Notes: generated from the sequence alone by a model not told the origin. A stretch of 64,000 nt of DNA from Bacteroidota bacterium (GCA_049522195.1 JBEKOB010000002.1:49392-113391); one strand, 5' to 3'; shown: positions 1 through 10,884, counted from the stretch's first letter. Made by a program: numbers and translations.

Positions 1-83
1 TTGTGTCATTGTATTTCTCCTTTAGTCAAAAACGAGGGCCGCAGGACTTTTTGGCCACGGCCCCCGTGAATTCAACCTTGAGT

Positions 84-392
84 TTACAGGATGGGTATGA
101 TCCTCTGGACGGCGCTATAGTTGACAGCAACGCATACTGCAAAGATCCAGAGATCTACGCAGCATGTAACGTACACATCGCCATTCTCGGCCTTTGTCTG
201 GTAGCAACCGGTCAGCCCGTTTCCGACGGAGGCATTCATCTCCGCGGAACTCAGAACGTGCGGAGTCGTTTGTTGGGTGGCGCTGATCGCCACCGGATTG
301 TCAGGAATTGCCCCGGTGCTGGCAATCTGCATTGATTGCGGCCGCAGAAGCATACCAACCGCGAGGAGGGTTGTGAGTAGTGTTGTTTTCAT
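84..392 (-). CDS. Small secreted Cys-containing protein (hypothetical); last gene of a tlpA-C39-small protein co-directional trio
   Basis: 102-aa ORF with an N-terminal Sec-type signal (MKTTLLTTLLAVGMLLRP). AAGGAG lies about 7 nt upstream of the ATG. The mature part has 4 Cys (GCY, TCC, VCV). The overlapping plus-strand ORF 3..335 has no such signals. Confidence 0.4.
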   Translation of the reverse strand: MKTTLLTTLLAVGMLLRPQSMQIASTGAIPDNPVAISATQQTTPHVLSSAEMNASVGNGLTGCYQTKAENGDVYVTCCVDLWIFAVCVAVNYSAVQRIIPIL

Positions 393-559
393 GGCTAACT
401 CCTTCGGGTGAAAAAGTGATTTGATCTAACTGCTCGCTGCGGCCCGCCTGTTAAGCATGAACGCCGACGGTGTACCCGGGGGCCGGCCAGGCGCCTCATC
501 TTTGTTCACAATCAACAGACCAGCGAGCAACTCTGCTTCCATCTTTTTGCCAAATCGAA

Positions 560-1099
560 TCACCGGCTTGCGCGGGTGATCACAAGAGTCTCTCCTTTCC
601 ATATATCAATCGCCCTTCTGCGCGGGATCTTCAGCCTCCCAACAGCCGGATCCCGCACAAAGAGAATACCCTTTCCGTCAATACTGTCGACCACGACGAA
701 ATGATGGTTCTCAATGAAAAGAATCGCGGGGAGTTGAACCCTCCGAAGATCTTCGGGGCTCAGCATCCACCCTTCGGCACTGACGCCTGCCGCCTGTGCC
801 ATTTCTTTCAATGCAAATAAGCTTGCGCCGCCGAATTTGAGCCCTGCTTTCAGTTCCATGTTTCGCTGTGAGGCTTTTATGCCATAGTGGTCGAGAACCA
901 TTATGAGCGCAGCTACACCACAGTTGCTGCTCCGGTCCTGCAAAACCACTCCCGCCGAACCAAGGTACGTGACCTCTGCACTGTCGTCCGCTGTGCTCTT
1001 CAGGCTTTGCAACTTATTTTGATCGGTCACAATCCATGAAGCCGCAAAGGCCATTGCCAGAAAACTGACGACAACGCTTGTTGCTGTTCTTCTCTGCAA
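560..1099 (-). CDS. Peptidase C39-like (bacteriocin-processing-type cysteine peptidase) domain protein, membrane anchored
   Basis: 179 aa with an N-terminal hydrophobic anchor. The motif SSNCGVAALIMVLDHYG matches the C39 catalytic Cys context (Q/S-x-x-CG-x-A-x-L-x-M), and a downstream His sits in ENHHFVVV. Confidence 0.55.
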   Translation of the reverse strand: MQRRTATSVVVSFLAMAFAASWIVTDQNKLQSLKSTADDSAEVTYLGSAGVVLQDRSSNCGVAALIMVLDHYGIKASQRNMELKAGLKFGGASLFALKEMAQAAGVSAEGWMLSPEDLRRVQLPAILFIENHHFVVVDSIDGKGILFVRDPAVGRLKIPRRRAIDIWKGETLVITRASR

Positions 1100-1139
1100 G
1101 GGATTATTCTCTTCCGACTGAATTGCTCCTGCCAGATCA

Positions 1140-1739
1140 TCAGTTATGTATTGATCGAACCGAGTTCAGGAACTCTATCAGTAATTGCTCGCGTGCGGTA
1201 AACGGTTCTTCGCCTGAGCCGCTATACACGATTGTCTCGTCGTTGCCAATAAGAAACAGAGCCGGCACCACATCAACGCCAAATCTCTCCTGCCCAGTCC
1301 GTTCTTCATCCAATAGTGTTCTTACCTCAAGCCGATCCGAGTTGACGAGTTCTGCCGTGTTTTTCTTGCCGCTCAGCGAAATCGCGAGAAAGAGGATTCG
1401 TTCACCGAATCGCCTACTCAGCCGATCAAAGTTTGTTAACTCGCGTTGACAGTGGGGGCAGTCGGCACTGAAGAACAGAACGGCAGCAGGTGTGTCTTTG
1501 AAGCTGAACCGATAGATTTCATTCGAAGCGAGATCTCTTGCGGTTAACACCGGAACCGGATCACCGGGGCTAAGAAGATGCGGGTTTGTAGCCTGGTAAA
1601 GCCAAATTATGGAAATCGTCGGGAGACAGAGAAGGAGCGCGATGCCAATGGCGGCAGGCAATCTCCTTGGCGCCGGACGCGGCGAGCGTTGATCTGACGG
1701 TGCTATGTTCTGAGATGTGGGCACCGCGGACAACTCCAC
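1140..1739 (-). CDS. TlpA-like thiol:disulfide oxidoreductase (thioredoxin fold), membrane anchored
   Basis: 199 aa with an N-terminal TM segment (AAIGIALLLCLPTISIIWLY). The thioredoxin active site CPHC sits in the typical TlpA/ResA context (AVLFFSADCPHCQREL). Confidence 0.65.
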   Translation of the reverse strand: MELSAVPTSQNIAPSDQRSPRPAPRRLPAAIGIALLLCLPTISIIWLYQATNPHLLSPGDPVPVLTARDLASNEIYRFSFKDTPAAVLFFSADCPHCQRELTNFDRLSRRFGERILFLAISLSGKKNTAELVNSDRLEVRTLLDEERTGQERFGVDVVPALFLIGNDETIVYSGSGEEPFTAREQLLIEFLNSVRSIHN

Positions 1740-1913
1740 CTTTAAGTAATTTAACGAGAAGCTCTGGATGGAATGGAGCTGAGCGTCGGCGGCAATCTAA
1801 GAATTCCCGTAGCCACTGTCAAGGATTTTGGCGGAATAAATCGGAAATTACACGGAGAATGACTTGGCTGGAAAATTGGCCCAGCGGGGGGGATGACTCC
1901 GTTAAGAAGAGGG

Positions 1914-3722
1914 TTATTCGACCGGCTCGGCGCCAAGCTCACGGCGCAGAGCAAGTATAACGGGGTGCTCGTTGCCTCCACCATTCCCATCGCTTTGCGC
2001 GGGTATTGGTGAACTTGTTGGTGCCGAAGAGTTTGGTGTTGCGGTTTGTAATCCATGCCCGTTTCCTGAATTTATATTCAGCACGGGCTCGATGCGAAGC
2101 TTGAATCCGGTCACTTTATGAAAAGACTCAACGAGAAATTCTTTGTGCCGTTTGAGGGACGAGAAATGATAGTCGTCGGGACACCCGATGCGTAACGCAC
2201 CATCTTCTAAGTCGAGTATGCGGCTCTCACCCAGGATTGTTCCTATTCCAATTTTCGTCTTCCGGACTTCACCAACCCAATGAGGCCAATGCTTGAATGC
2301 CTCCTCAGCCGTGATCTTACGCATGGGCTCAAGTGATGGCGACGCGTCCCCCGGCAACTCCACAAAAGGTGGTTTGCTTTGAATCGTCGCGACGGGCGTC
2401 GCTGACGGTGCCGGGCTGTGGATGGAAAACTCTTTCGGCGTGTCCCCGTACGCGAACGATGAACCGTCACGCAATCTTCCCGCATTCACCTGTCCGACAA
2501 CTTTCAGCTCGGTCCCCGAGTCGTTGGGCTGTTGCGGGCGAACTCCCGTCGAATGCCCCTTCGTATTCGCCCCGCTCAAACTAAGTTTTTTTTTCAGCTG
2601 ATCGATCTGCCCCAGCAATGCATCGATCTGTACCGAGCGTTCGAGCTTGATCATCTGCAACAAGCCCGCTTCAAGCTTGAACCTCGGTTGCGGAGACCAG
2701 CGGATTGCCTGCTCGAGTTCGTTTACCAGTTTGAGCAAACGAAGGATGTCGTTTTGCCGAAAGTTCTTCGACTCTTCCTTGTATCGTTTCCGGTACGGCT
2801 CCGACGTCTCCACAAGCTCCGTCGCTTCTGTCGTCAGGACAACCAGGAGGTTTCGCAGGTGCTCAGATAATCCGCCAAGAAACTCCCGCAAATCATATCC
2901 CGCTTTCACAATTCCGTCGACCAGCTGAATCCCGCCCCGCGCATCCTGCGCTTTGATGAGGTCTGTAACCCGGAAATACAACTCCTGATCAACGACGTTC
3001 AATACCTTCAGGACATCCGCCACGGCAATCTGATTTCCGCAGAAGGAGCGGATCTGATCAAAAATACTTTGTGCGTCGCGCAGCGACCCATCCCCTTTTT
3101 TGGCTACGACCATGAGCGCTTCTTCGTCAATCGTCACCCCCTCGCCGCGCGCAACGCTCTGGAGGTTGCCTACAATTTCTTCTATAGAGATCCTCCGAAA
3201 GTCAAACCTCTGGCAACGCGAGAGGATCGTCATGGGGATCTTGTGGACTTCTGTGGTGGCAAAGATGAAGATCACATGTTCCGGCGGCTCTTCTAGTGTC
3301 TTGAGGAGGGCGTTGAACGCCTCCTTGGTCAACATATGCACTTCGTCGATGATATAGACCTTGTACTTACCACGCGCCGGCGTGTAGCGGACCGATTCCC
3401 GGAGATTCCGTATCTCCTCCACACCGCGGTTCGATGCACCATCGATCTCGATGACATCCAAGCTTCGCCCTGCTGTGATCTCTTTGCAGATCTCGCACTC
3501 GTTGTCCGGGTTTGAATCTTTCGGAGACTGACAGTTGATTGCTTTTGCAAGGATTCGGGCGGTCGTCGTCTTGCCGGTGCCTCTCACACCACTGAAAATG
3601 TAGGCGTGGGCAAGGCGGTTCGACGCAATCGCATTCCGCAGCGTGCTGGTCACATGCGACTGACCAACAACGTCTTCGAAAACTAACGGACGCCACTTAC
3701 GGGCTGTAACCTGGTAGGACAT
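1914..3722 (-). CDS. dnaX: DNA polymerase III subunit gamma/tau
   Basis: 602 aa. The N-terminus reads MSYQVTARKWRP...VVGQ. Walker A is GVRGTGKTTTARILAKAINC, the clamp-loader Zn-finger-like segment is CxxC (NECEICK), and a long variable tau C-terminus follows. Confidence 0.95.
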   Translation of the reverse strand: MSYQVTARKWRPLVFEDVVGQSHVTSTLRNAIASNRLAHAYIFSGVRGTGKTTTARILAKAINCQSPKDSNPDNECEICKEITAGRSLDVIEIDGASNRGVEEIRNLRESVRYTPARGKYKVYIIDEVHMLTKEAFNALLKTLEEPPEHVIFIFATTEVHKIPMTILSRCQRFDFRRISIEEIVGNLQSVARGEGVTIDEEALMVVAKKGDGSLRDAQSIFDQIRSFCGNQIAVADVLKVLNVVDQELYFRVTDLIKAQDARGGIQLVDGIVKAGYDLREFLGGLSEHLRNLLVVLTTEATELVETSEPYRKRYKEESKNFRQNDILRLLKLVNELEQAIRWSPQPRFKLEAGLLQMIKLERSVQIDALLGQIDQLKKKLSLSGANTKGHSTGVRPQQPNDSGTELKVVGQVNAGRLRDGSSFAYGDTPKEFSIHSPAPSATPVATIQSKPPFVELPGDASPSLEPMRKITAEEAFKHWPHWVGEVRKTKIGIGTILGESRILDLEDGALRIGCPDDYHFSSLKRHKEFLVESFHKVTGFKLRIEPVLNINSGNGHGLQTATPNSSAPTSSPIPAQSDGNGGGNEHPVILALRRELGAEPVE

Positions 3723-3787
3723 GCTGAACCGAAATTAAGAAGTAAAAACGAGAAAGGGAAACGCTCCTCACTGCTTTCAGTGTAACG

Positions 3788-6193
3788 TCAAGCTCGCCTT
3801 GGCTTTGCGGTGAATACAAGTTTCGCCGCTTCCTCGATTGTTTCAACGGGAATGATCTTCAATCCTTCTTTCACCTTGTCCTGAATCTCTGTGAGATCCT
3901 TCAGGTTTTCTTTAGGAATAATGACCGTTTTGATGCCGCTCCGTTGCGCCGCAAGAAGCTTTTCATTCAATCCGCCGATCGGCAGCACATTTCCACGCAG
4001 CGTGATCTCTCCGGTCATCGCAACATCGTTGCGAGCCGGCCGGTTGCTCGCCGCGGAGATGATTGCCATCGCCATTGTGATACCGGCTGATGGACCGTCT
4101 TTCGGGATCGCACCTTCCGGAAGGTGAATGTGAATTTCCTTCCCCTTGGTGAATTCAGGGTTGACACCAAACCGCCTTGCGTTCGAGCGGATGTAACTCA
4201 GCGCTGCCTGAGCCGATTCCTTCATTACCTCACCCAATTGCCCCGTCAGCGTTAGCTTCTGCGCTCCACTCATGATCGTCACATCGACATTCAGAATTTC
4301 TCCACCAACACTCGTCCACGCCAATCCGGTAACCGATCCGACACGGCGTTCGCGTTCAGCCTCCTTCTTGCGGAATTTCGGGACGCCCAGATAGTGCTCG
4401 ATCATCTCTCCTGTGACTGTAATACCCGCCGAGGCTTTCTTTTTCTTCTTCGTCGTGCCGTTCTTTCTCCTGCTCAGAACGATCTCCTTCGCTGCCTTCC
4501 TGCAAATCGACGCCAGCTCCCGCTCAACGTTTCGCACACCCGCTTCACGCGTATACTCGTTAATGATTTTGTCGATGGCTTCGTCTGTGAATTTCAACAA
4601 CTTCTCCGTCAGCCCATGCGCAGTAAGTTGTTTTGGGATGATATGTCGCTTGGCAATTTCGCGCTTATCGTAATCGAGATACCCGGGTAGCTCAATGATT
4701 TCCATGCGGTCCTGGAGCGGCAGTGGAATTGCATACCGCACGTTCGCCGTGGTGATGAACATGACTTTTGACAGATCGTAATCCACATCGAGATAGTGAT
4801 CGCTGAACGTATTGTTCTGTTCGGGATCCAACACTTCAAGCAATGCCGCAGAGGGATCACCGCGAAAATCCATGCTCATCTTGTCCACTTCGTCCATGAG
4901 CAGTACGGGGTTGGTTACACCCGCGCGTTTCATCGACTGAATAATCTTGCCCGGCATCGAGCCAATGTACGTCCGCCGATGGCCGCGGATCTCTGCTTCA
5001 TCACGCATACCGCCGAGCGAAATTCGTACGAACTTTCGCCCCAACCCCCGCGCAATAGACTTTGCCAGCGAGGTTTTGCCGACACCCGGAGGTCCCACGA
5101 AGCACAAAATCTGTCCCTTCATCTCCTTGACGAGATTGAGAACTGCAATGTGTTCCAAAATCCGTTCTTTCGGCTTTTCCAGCCCAAAATGGTCTTCGTC
5201 GAGAATGTGCTTGACGTGTTCTACATCCAGGTCGTCCTTCGTCCGCTTTGTCCAGGGAACAGCAATCAGCCAGTCGAGATAGTTTCTTGTCACGGTAAAC
5301 TCGGGCGACATTGGAGGCGTCTTCTTGAGCTTGTTGAACTCCTCCATCGCCTTTTCCTCTACCTCCTTCGGCATCTTCGCCTTCTGGAGTTGCTCTTTGA
5401 GCTTTGCCAGCTCTGGTGAGGCCTCATCGTCTCCAAGTTCGTCCTGCAGGATGCGGATTTGTTCCTGAATGAAGAATTTTCGTTGCGACTTCTGAATGTT
5501 GTCCTGAACCTTCGTATCGATTTCCCGTTCGATCTTCAGGATGTCGATTTCCGTCGTTAGGATCTTTGACAGTTCGTAAAGCTGCTCCCGGAGATGTTGT
5601 GTCTGAAGAATCCGCTGTTTTACGTCCACGCTTTGGACAAGGTTGGCCGCCATATAATAAAGCTTCCGGTGCGGCTCTTTGATACCCTCGAAGGCCATGA
5701 GAACTTCCGGCGGCACGTTTCGGCTGAGCTTCACGTACTCCTGGAACAGTGTCGATGCGTGTCTCACGAGCGCGTCGATATCGTGTCCCGTCGGGGTTTC
5801 TGACTTGTTGATGATGATTTCCGCTTCAAGGTACGCCGTGGTGGGCAGGAATCGCTTCACCGAGGCCTGAACAGCCCCATCCACGAGGATTTTCATCAGG
5901 CCGTTCGGGAGCTTGAGCATCTGTATAATTTTCGCGACCGTGCCGTGTTGATAGACATCCTCCGCTGTGGGTTCGTCAATAGAGGCGCTTTTCTGTGCAA
6001 CCAGAAAGATGTTTTTTCCCCGCTCCAGCGCCTCGTTTGCGGCGCGGAGAGAGCTCTCCCGGCCCACGAGAACCGGAAAGATCATGTATGGAAACAACAC
6101 GACATCACGCAGGGGTAATACCGGCAACGTCTTCGGAATGTTGTCAATTGTTTCTACGGTGGTGTCGCTGAATTTGATCGGCGTTTCGCTCAT
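3788..6193 (-). CDS. lon: ATP-dependent Lon protease
   Basis: LON N-domain motif [22 protein letters not shown]+ Walker [10 protein letters not shown], and C-terminal S16 catalytic Ser motif [12 protein letters not shown]. The ORF track starts at a TTG (6202); the ATG giving MSETPIK (6193) is preferred. Confidence 0.95.
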   Translation of the reverse strand: MSETPIKFSDTTVETIDNIPKTLPVLPLRDVVLFPYMIFPVLVGRESSLRAANEALERGKNIFLVAQKSASIDEPTAEDVYQHGTVAKIIQMLKLPNGLMKILVDGAVQASVKRFLPTTAYLEAEIIINKSETPTGHDIDALVRHASTLFQEYVKLSRNVPPEVLMAFEGIKEPHRKLYYMAANLVQSVDVKQRILQTQHLREQLYELSKILTTEIDILKIEREIDTKVQDNIQKSQRKFFIQEQIRILQDELGDDEASPELAKLKEQLQKAKMPKEVEEKAMEEFNKLKKTPPMSPEFTVTRNYLDWLIAVPWTKRTKDDLDVEHVKHILDEDHFGLEKPKERILEHIAVLNLVKEMKGQILCFVGPPGVGKTSLAKSIARGLGRKFVRISLGGMRDEAEIRGHRRTYIGSMPGKIIQSMKRAGVTNPVLLMDEVDKMSMDFRGDPSAALLEVLDPEQNNTFSDHYLDVDYDLSKVMFITTANVRYAIPLPLQDRMEIIELPGYLDYDKREIAKRHIIPKQLTAHGLTEKLLKFTDEAIDKIINEYTREAGVRNVERELASICRKAAKEIVLSRRKNGTTKKKKKASAGITVTGEMIEHYLGVPKFRKKEAERERRVGSVTGLAWTSVGGEILNVDVTIMSGAQKLTLTGQLGEVMKESAQAALSYIRSNARRFGVNPEFTKGKEIHIHLPEGAIPKDGPSAGITMAMAIISAASNRPARNDVAMTGEITLRGNVLPIGGLNEKLLAAQRSGIKTVIIPKENLKDLTEIQDKVKEGLKIIPVETIEEAAKLVFTAKPRRA

Positions 6194-6220
6194 AATCCTC
6201 AATCACTTCGTTATCCGTCC

Positions 6221-6250
6221 CTAAAACAAAAAGAGTCCCGGGTGGCGGGA
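6221..6250 (-). terminator. Intrinsic-terminator-like GC hairpin plus T-run on the minus strand, about 20-30 nt upstream of the lon start
   Basis: Plus strand reads aaaacaaaaaga-gtcccg-ggtgg-cgggac: a 6-bp GC stem that on the minus strand is followed by TCTTTTTGTTTT. Coordinates are approximate (+/- 3 nt). Confidence 0.4.
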
Positions 6251-6464
6251 CATTATTCGGTAATTGAAATATACCCACAAATGGAGGGAGAATCAAGACG
6301 GTGTTCTCATGGGTTTGCTATCCTACGCACGCTTTGTCGTATTGACTCATCCTCCAAAATTACTTAGCGTTCGCGCACTGCGCTGACCTCCTCTCAGGAG
6401 AAGCTCTTTTCCATCGGATTTTCGCCCGGCTTTCCCTGGCGCGCCAGCATTTCGTTACACCCTT

Positions 6465-7184
6465 TTAGCTCATTGCTTCATTGAGGAATCGTACGAGAGG
6501 CGATGCCACTTCAAAAACCGCAGCGATCTCCGACACAAATTTCACCTTGAGACATTTTGATTCCGCCCATTCCACTCCCACAAAAAACTGTTTGTACTTG
6601 AGCCACTCTACCATCGGGTGGTCCGGCTCGTACCCTTTGGGTGCTCGCTGGAGTTTATCCCCCTCGAGCTTCCCAAAGCATTTTCTAAATCGCTGGTTTT
6701 GAATGATGGAAAGAAACTCGTTGGAATGATCTGCGATTGCGCGGCGGATTTTTTTCAGCTGATCATTATCCGGCATGTAGATGCCACCACCAAGAAAGAC
6801 CTCACCGGGTTCAATGTGTAAGTAGTAACCGGATCCTTCGACTCCCTTGGGCTTGCCGCGTAACACAAAGTGCGCTGCAACATGTGTTTTGTAAGGAGTT
6901 TTGTCTTTGCTGAAGCGGACGTCACGATAGATTCGGAAAAGTGAGCGTTTTGGATTGATGTCAAACTCCGGAGCAAACCGGTCGAAGTGTGGCTGGAGCG
7001 CCGAAATCAAAGATTGCATGGGGAGTTTTACTGAAGACTCGTACTCCTCCTTGTGCTTTTCAAACCAAGGGCGATTGTTATTTCGCTTCAGGCGTTTCAT
7101 GAAATCAATCCCCTCGCGCGGAAAACCGTCGAATGGGGGATAGAAATCTAGATCAGAAAGTGGTGGCTTGCCTGGTGGTGTCAT
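6465..7184 (-). CDS. DUF2461 / TIGR02453 family protein
   Basis: 239 aa. The motif pattern FYPPFDGFPREGIDFMKRLKRNNNRPWFEKHKEEYE is typical of the TIGR02453 family. Confidence 0.7.
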   Translation of the reverse strand: MTPPGKPPLSDLDFYPPFDGFPREGIDFMKRLKRNNNRPWFEKHKEEYESSVKLPMQSLISALQPHFDRFAPEFDINPKRSLFRIYRDVRFSKDKTPYKTHVAAHFVLRGKPKGVEGSGYYLHIEPGEVFLGGGIYMPDNDQLKKIRRAIADHSNEFLSIIQNQRFRKCFGKLEGDKLQRAPKGYEPDHPMVEWLKYKQFFVGVEWAESKCLKVKFVSEIAAVFEVASPLVRFLNEAMS

Positions 7185-7201
7185 CGTTTATTCCTCGATT
7201 T

Positions 7202-8161
7202 CTACAGTGCGTTGTATTCTTTCCCTTCAATAGCCGCCCTCACGAACCCATCCGCCCTCTCCAAGCGCTGTCTGGCCTCATCTTTCCCAACCCGGGCTTT
7301 GATCATGACAAGCGCCGTCTTCACATGTCCATCTGCCTTTTCAAGGTACTGGGCCGCCTCGTCGTAGCCGACTCCCGTGATGGTCATGACCACCCGTTTT
7401 GCCCGCTCCGTCAGTTTTAGGTTGGTCATCTGAAGGTCGATCATCATGTTCTCGTAGACCTTGCCGAGTCTAACCATTGCGGTTGTTGTAATCATATTCA
7501 GCACCAGTTTTTGCGCTGTCCCCGATTTCATTCTCGTCGAGCCCATAATGACTTCCGGCCCGACCTCGGGGCAAATCGCAACATCGAGCACTTTGGCTAC
7601 TTCCGCAAATTCCGGCGAATACATCTTGCTTCGCGGGTTAGTAGTCACGTAGAGCGTTTTCGCACCAAGCTCCTTTGCCCGCTTGACGGCGCCAATGACA
7701 TACGGTGTTCGCAGGCTTGCCGCAATTCCGCATACGACGTCTTTCGCTGTGACTTTCCTCTCGTCGATATCTCTGGCTCCGTTCTCCTCTTTGTCCTCCG
7801 CCCCCTCCTGGGCGCGAAACATCGCTTTCTCTCCTCCGGCGATCATGCCCTGAACCATCTCAAACGGCACACCGTACGTCGGTGGGCACTCAACAGCGTC
7901 AAGCACGCCAAGACGGCCGCTTGTCCCAGCCCCCGCATACAGCAGGCGTCCGCCATCCTTGAAAGCGCGCACCACGAGTTCCACGGCCTTCCCTATGTAC
8001 GCCAGCTCTCTCTCCACCGCCAAGGCGACCTTTTTATCCTCTGTGTTGATGATGCGCAGCACTTCTTCGACTGAACGCGCATCAATGTCCATACTGGCTG
8101 GATTGCGTTGTTCTGTGCTCAGCCGCGTGAGCTGCTCAAAAAGCTTCTTCTGATCGGTCAC
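7202..8161 (-). CDS. murQ: N-acetylmuramic acid 6-phosphate etherase
   Basis: 319 aa with a SIS domain. The N-terminus ...EQRNPASMDIDARSVEEVLRIIN and LLYAGAGTSGRLGVLDAVECPPTYG are MurQ-characteristic. Confidence 0.85.
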   Translation of the reverse strand: MTDQKKLFEQLTRLSTEQRNPASMDIDARSVEEVLRIINTEDKKVALAVERELAYIGKAVELVVRAFKDGGRLLYAGAGTSGRLGVLDAVECPPTYGVPFEMVQGMIAGGEKAMFRAQEGAEDKEENGARDIDERKVTAKDVVCGIAASLRTPYVIGAVKRAKELGAKTLYVTTNPRSKMYSPEFAEVAKVLDVAICPEVGPEVIMGSTRMKSGTAQKLVLNMITTTAMVRLGKVYENMMIDLQMTNLKLTERAKRVVMTITGVGYDEAAQYLEKADGHVKTALVMIKARVGKDEARQRLERADGFVRAAIEGKEYNAL

Positions 8162-8919
8162 TGGTCTTCTGCTTTCTGCTTTGGAGTCCGGGCAATTTCC
8201 ACCAGCACAATCTTCTTTTCTCCCCCCTCAAGTTGACTGGAGCCTCTTAGCGTTAGATCAAGAACGGTGATGTTTTTCACTTGAGCAAGATTTTGTATTT
8301 GTCCAATTTCCCCCTCAAGGTCACCCCCTTTAAGGGTGATAAGCGTGGGTCTCTCAATCAGTATCTTGCTTTCATCTCTGCCCTTGGCGATCGCCGACAC
8401 CGTTGTTCCGTTTGTTTTCAGAAACGGTTCCGACCAACGGACAAGATCCTTCAGCGAAGCAACGGCCCGGGCGAGGACAACGTCGTATCGATGATGATGC
8501 TCTTTCGCTTTGCCAACGTCCTCCGCCCTACCCCACACTGCGGTCACTCCATCCAGACGCAGTGTGCGTATAAGATCCTTCACAACATTTATTTTTTTCT
8601 GGGTAGAATCAAGAAGCGTGAAGGCGAGATCGGGTCGCGCGATCTTCAAAGGAAGACCCGGAAGCCCACCTCCGGTTCCTAGGTCCAAAATGCGACCTCC
8701 GGTCGGTAACTCGACTCTGAATAAAAGCGCGAGGCAATGAAGAAGATGACTGCTCCAAAAATTTTCTTCATCGCGCCTGGAGATCAAATTGATCTTTTGA
8801 TTCCACTCCAGCAGGCGAACCGCGAGCTCGTCCATCAGCGCAAGTTGTTCCTCGCTCAGCTTCAGTCCGTTGTAAGCACACGTTGTACCTAGCCAGGTTT
8901 TTCCCTTTGACCCCTCCAT
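8158..8919 (-). CDS. rsmG: 16S rRNA (guanine527-N7)-methyltransferase
   Basis: 253 aa. LLEWNQKINLISRRDEENFWSSHLLHCL and the SAM-binding segment ILDLGTGGGLPGLPLKIARP. The start overlaps the murQ stop by 4 nt. Confidence 0.85.
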   Translation of the reverse strand: MEGSKGKTWLGTTCAYNGLKLSEEQLALMDELAVRLLEWNQKINLISRRDEENFWSSHLLHCLALLFRVELPTGGRILDLGTGGGLPGLPLKIARPDLAFTLLDSTQKKINVVKDLIRTLRLDGVTAVWGRAEDVGKAKEHHHRYDVVLARAVASLKDLVRWSEPFLKTNGTTVSAIAKGRDESKILIERPTLITLKGGDLEGEIGQIQNLAQVKNITVLDLTLRGSSQLEGGEKKIVLVEIARTPKQKAEDQ

Positions 8920-8967
8920 AACCCCTTGTTTTATAATCGGTTACACGATTCGTTCCACGTGAAACGA

Positions 8968-10884
8968 CTACCCACGAAGAGACACCATCAATACCGAGAC
9001 ATCTGACGGTGTTACGCCACTGATGCGTGAGGCTTGGCCAATGGACTCGGGCTTCACCTTGCTTAGCTTCTCTCTACCTTCGGTTGAAAGCGATTTGATT
9101 TTTGAGTAATCGTAGTCTATTGGGATTTTCTGGTCTTCAAACTGGTCGAATTTTGCTATCTGCTCAATCTGTCGCTGTATGTATCCTTCGTACTTGAGAT
9201 CGATTTCTATTTGCTCAACGATCTCCCTTCGGAGTTTCGAATCGTTCAATGCTGATAACCTTTTGACGACCGGCTGATCCGACAGCGAATCCAAATCCAG
9301 AATCTCAGCCAGCTTGACCCCGGGACGCTTAAGGAGTTTGGACAAGCGTTCGTGTTCGTCGATACGTCCTTCCGAAGTTCTTTCAAGGTACGGGTTTGCT
9401 GTCTCCGGCGAAATGGACCGCTGCCTCGCCATGGCAATGAAGTCTGCGATGAGTAATTCCTTTTGCTCTAGCCTCTTCAGCATCGTGCTTTCTACCAATC
9501 CAAGGTCGAATCCTTTTTTCATCAGACGTCGATCAGCGTTATCCTGGCGCAGCACAAGTCTGTGTTCGGCCCTTGAGGTAAACATCCTATATGGCTCATC
9601 GGTGCTCTTGTTCACAAGGTCGTCTATTAAAACCCCGATGTATGCTTCAGATCGTTTAAGAATGAACGGGTCGCGATTTTTCACCTTCAGCGCTGCGTTG
9701 ATGCCAGCGACGAGGCCCTGTGCTGCCGCCTCCTCGTATCCCGATGTCCCGTTCACCTGGCCGGCAAAGAAGAGGCTTTCTACGATCTTCGTCTCGAGCG
9801 TGAGTTTCACCTGATGCGGAGGAAAGTAGTCATACTCGACTGCATATCCCGGCCTCAGCATGTTGACCCTCTCAAGCCCGGTGATCGATCGCAGGCCTTC
9901 GAGCTGTATTTCCTCGGGAAGGCTGGTTGAGAAGCCATTTACATAGACGACATTGGTATCATACCCCTCCGGTTCCAAGAAGATCTGATGGCGATCTTTG
10001 TCCGCGAATCGTACTACCTTGTCTTCGATGGAGGGGCAATACCGGGGACCAACCCCTTTGATTACTCCGGTGAACAGCGGAGAACGATCGAATCCCTTTC
10101 TCAAGATTCGGTGCGTCTCGGGGTTAGTATACGTGAGGTACATTGGTATAAGTCGGTTAGTAATCGCGGGGGTCGAATACGAGAAAGCGTGAGGGGGGTT
10201 GTCGCTGTGCTGTTCTTCAGTTTTCGAAAGGTCAATGCTCAAAAGGTCAATTCGCGGCGGTGTTCCTGTTTTCAACCTGCCACTCACTATCCCCAGGCTT
10301 ACAAGGTTCTCCGTGAGCCCCTTTGAGGCGGCCTCTCCGTACCGCCCCCCTTCCCGGTTCTTCATTCCAGTGTGCATCAATCCCCGAAGGAATGTGCCAG
10401 CACTGAGCACTACGCATCGGCAGCGGATCTTGGCGCCACCCGCGGTGACGACACCGACAACTTTCGGGTTTTTGCCGGAGGGGTCAACCTCAGTTTCGAC
10501 GCTTACAGTCGAGTCTTCAAGGACAGTCAAGCCGTCCTGCATTTCCAATCTACGCTGCGCTTCCCGAGAATACCATTCCCTATCATTTTGACAACGCGGG
10601 CTCCAGACGGCTGGACCCTTCGACCGATTCAAGAGTCGAAACTGGATGCCAGTCGCGTCTGCGATCTTTCCCATTTCACCTCCAAGAGCATCGATCTCCC
10701 GAACGAGATGTCCTTTTGCTGTCCCCCCGATAGCCGGGTTGCAGGACATCCTGCCAATAGCATCTTTGCTCATGGTGATCATGAGGACGCTACACCCAAT
10801 TCTGGAGGCTGCCAGCGAGGCCTCAATCCCGGCATGCCCTCCGCCGACCACCACAACATCTATATTTACTTCATTATCAGTCAT
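8968..10884 (-). CDS. mnmG: tRNA uridine 5-carboxymethylaminomethyl modification enzyme
   Basis: The FAD-binding N-terminus is [22 protein letters not shown]. The ORF-track start (11007) extends 41 codons upstream of this conserved ATG, so 10884 is preferred. The GidA core is conserved throughout. Confidence 0.93.
   Translation of the reverse strand: MTDNEVNIDVVVVGGGHAGIEASLAASRIGCSVLMITMSKDAIGRMSCNPAIGGTAKGHLVREIDALGGEMGKIADATGIQFRLLNRSKGPAVWSPRCQNDREWYSREAQRRLEMQDGLTVLEDSTVSVETEVDPSGKNPKVVGVVTAGGAKIRCRCVVLSAGTFLRGLMHTGMKNREGGRYGEAASKGLTENLVSLGIVSGRLKTGTPPRIDLLSIDLSKTEEQHSDNPPHAFSYSTPAITNRLIPMYLTYTNPETHRILRKGFDRSPLFTGVIKGVGPRYCPSIEDKVVRFADKDRHQIFLEPEGYDTNVVYVNGFSTSLPEEIQLEGLRSITGLERVNMLRPGYAVEYDYFPPHQVKLTLETKIVESLFFAGQVNGTSGYEEAAAQGLVAGINAALKVKNRDPFILKRSEAYIGVLIDDLVNKSTDEPYRMFTSRAEHRLVLRQDNADRRLMKKGFDLGLVESTMLKRLEQKELLIADFIAMARQRSISPETANPYLERTSEGRIDEHERLSKLLKRPGVKLAEILDLDSLSDQPVVKRLSALNDSKLRREIVEQIEIDLKYEGYIQRQIEQIAKFDQFEDQKIPIDYDYSKIKSLSTEGREKLSKVKPESIGQASRISGVTPSDVSVLMVSLRG

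Noticed and set aside
3-335. 110-aa plus-strand ORF at the window start
   Set aside because: It overlaps the minus-strand 84..392 ORF, which has a convincing signal peptide and an AAGGAG ribosome-binding site. The plus ORF has no recognisable features.
1740-1913. Possible SRP (4.5S) RNA between tlpA and dnaX, a common ffs location
   Set aside because: No helix-8-like conserved motif or convincing hairpin was recognised by eye. It would need cmscan to exclude.
4796-5419. 207-aa ORF antisense to lon (similar: 15482..16066 antisense to dnaA, 20536..21291 antisense to gyrB, 22233..22880 and 23340..24074 antisense to gyrA, 25409..25927, 30353..31039, 19474..20103)
   Set aside because: These are long antisense reading frames of the kind expected in GC-rich DNA. 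Each lies fully inside a confidently identified conserved gene and has no family-like motifs.
6253-6464. Search for a CIRCE (TTAGCACTC-N9-GAGTGCTAA) heat-shock operator upstream of lon
   Set aside because: Only a half-site-like ttagcgttc was found, with no matching right arm.
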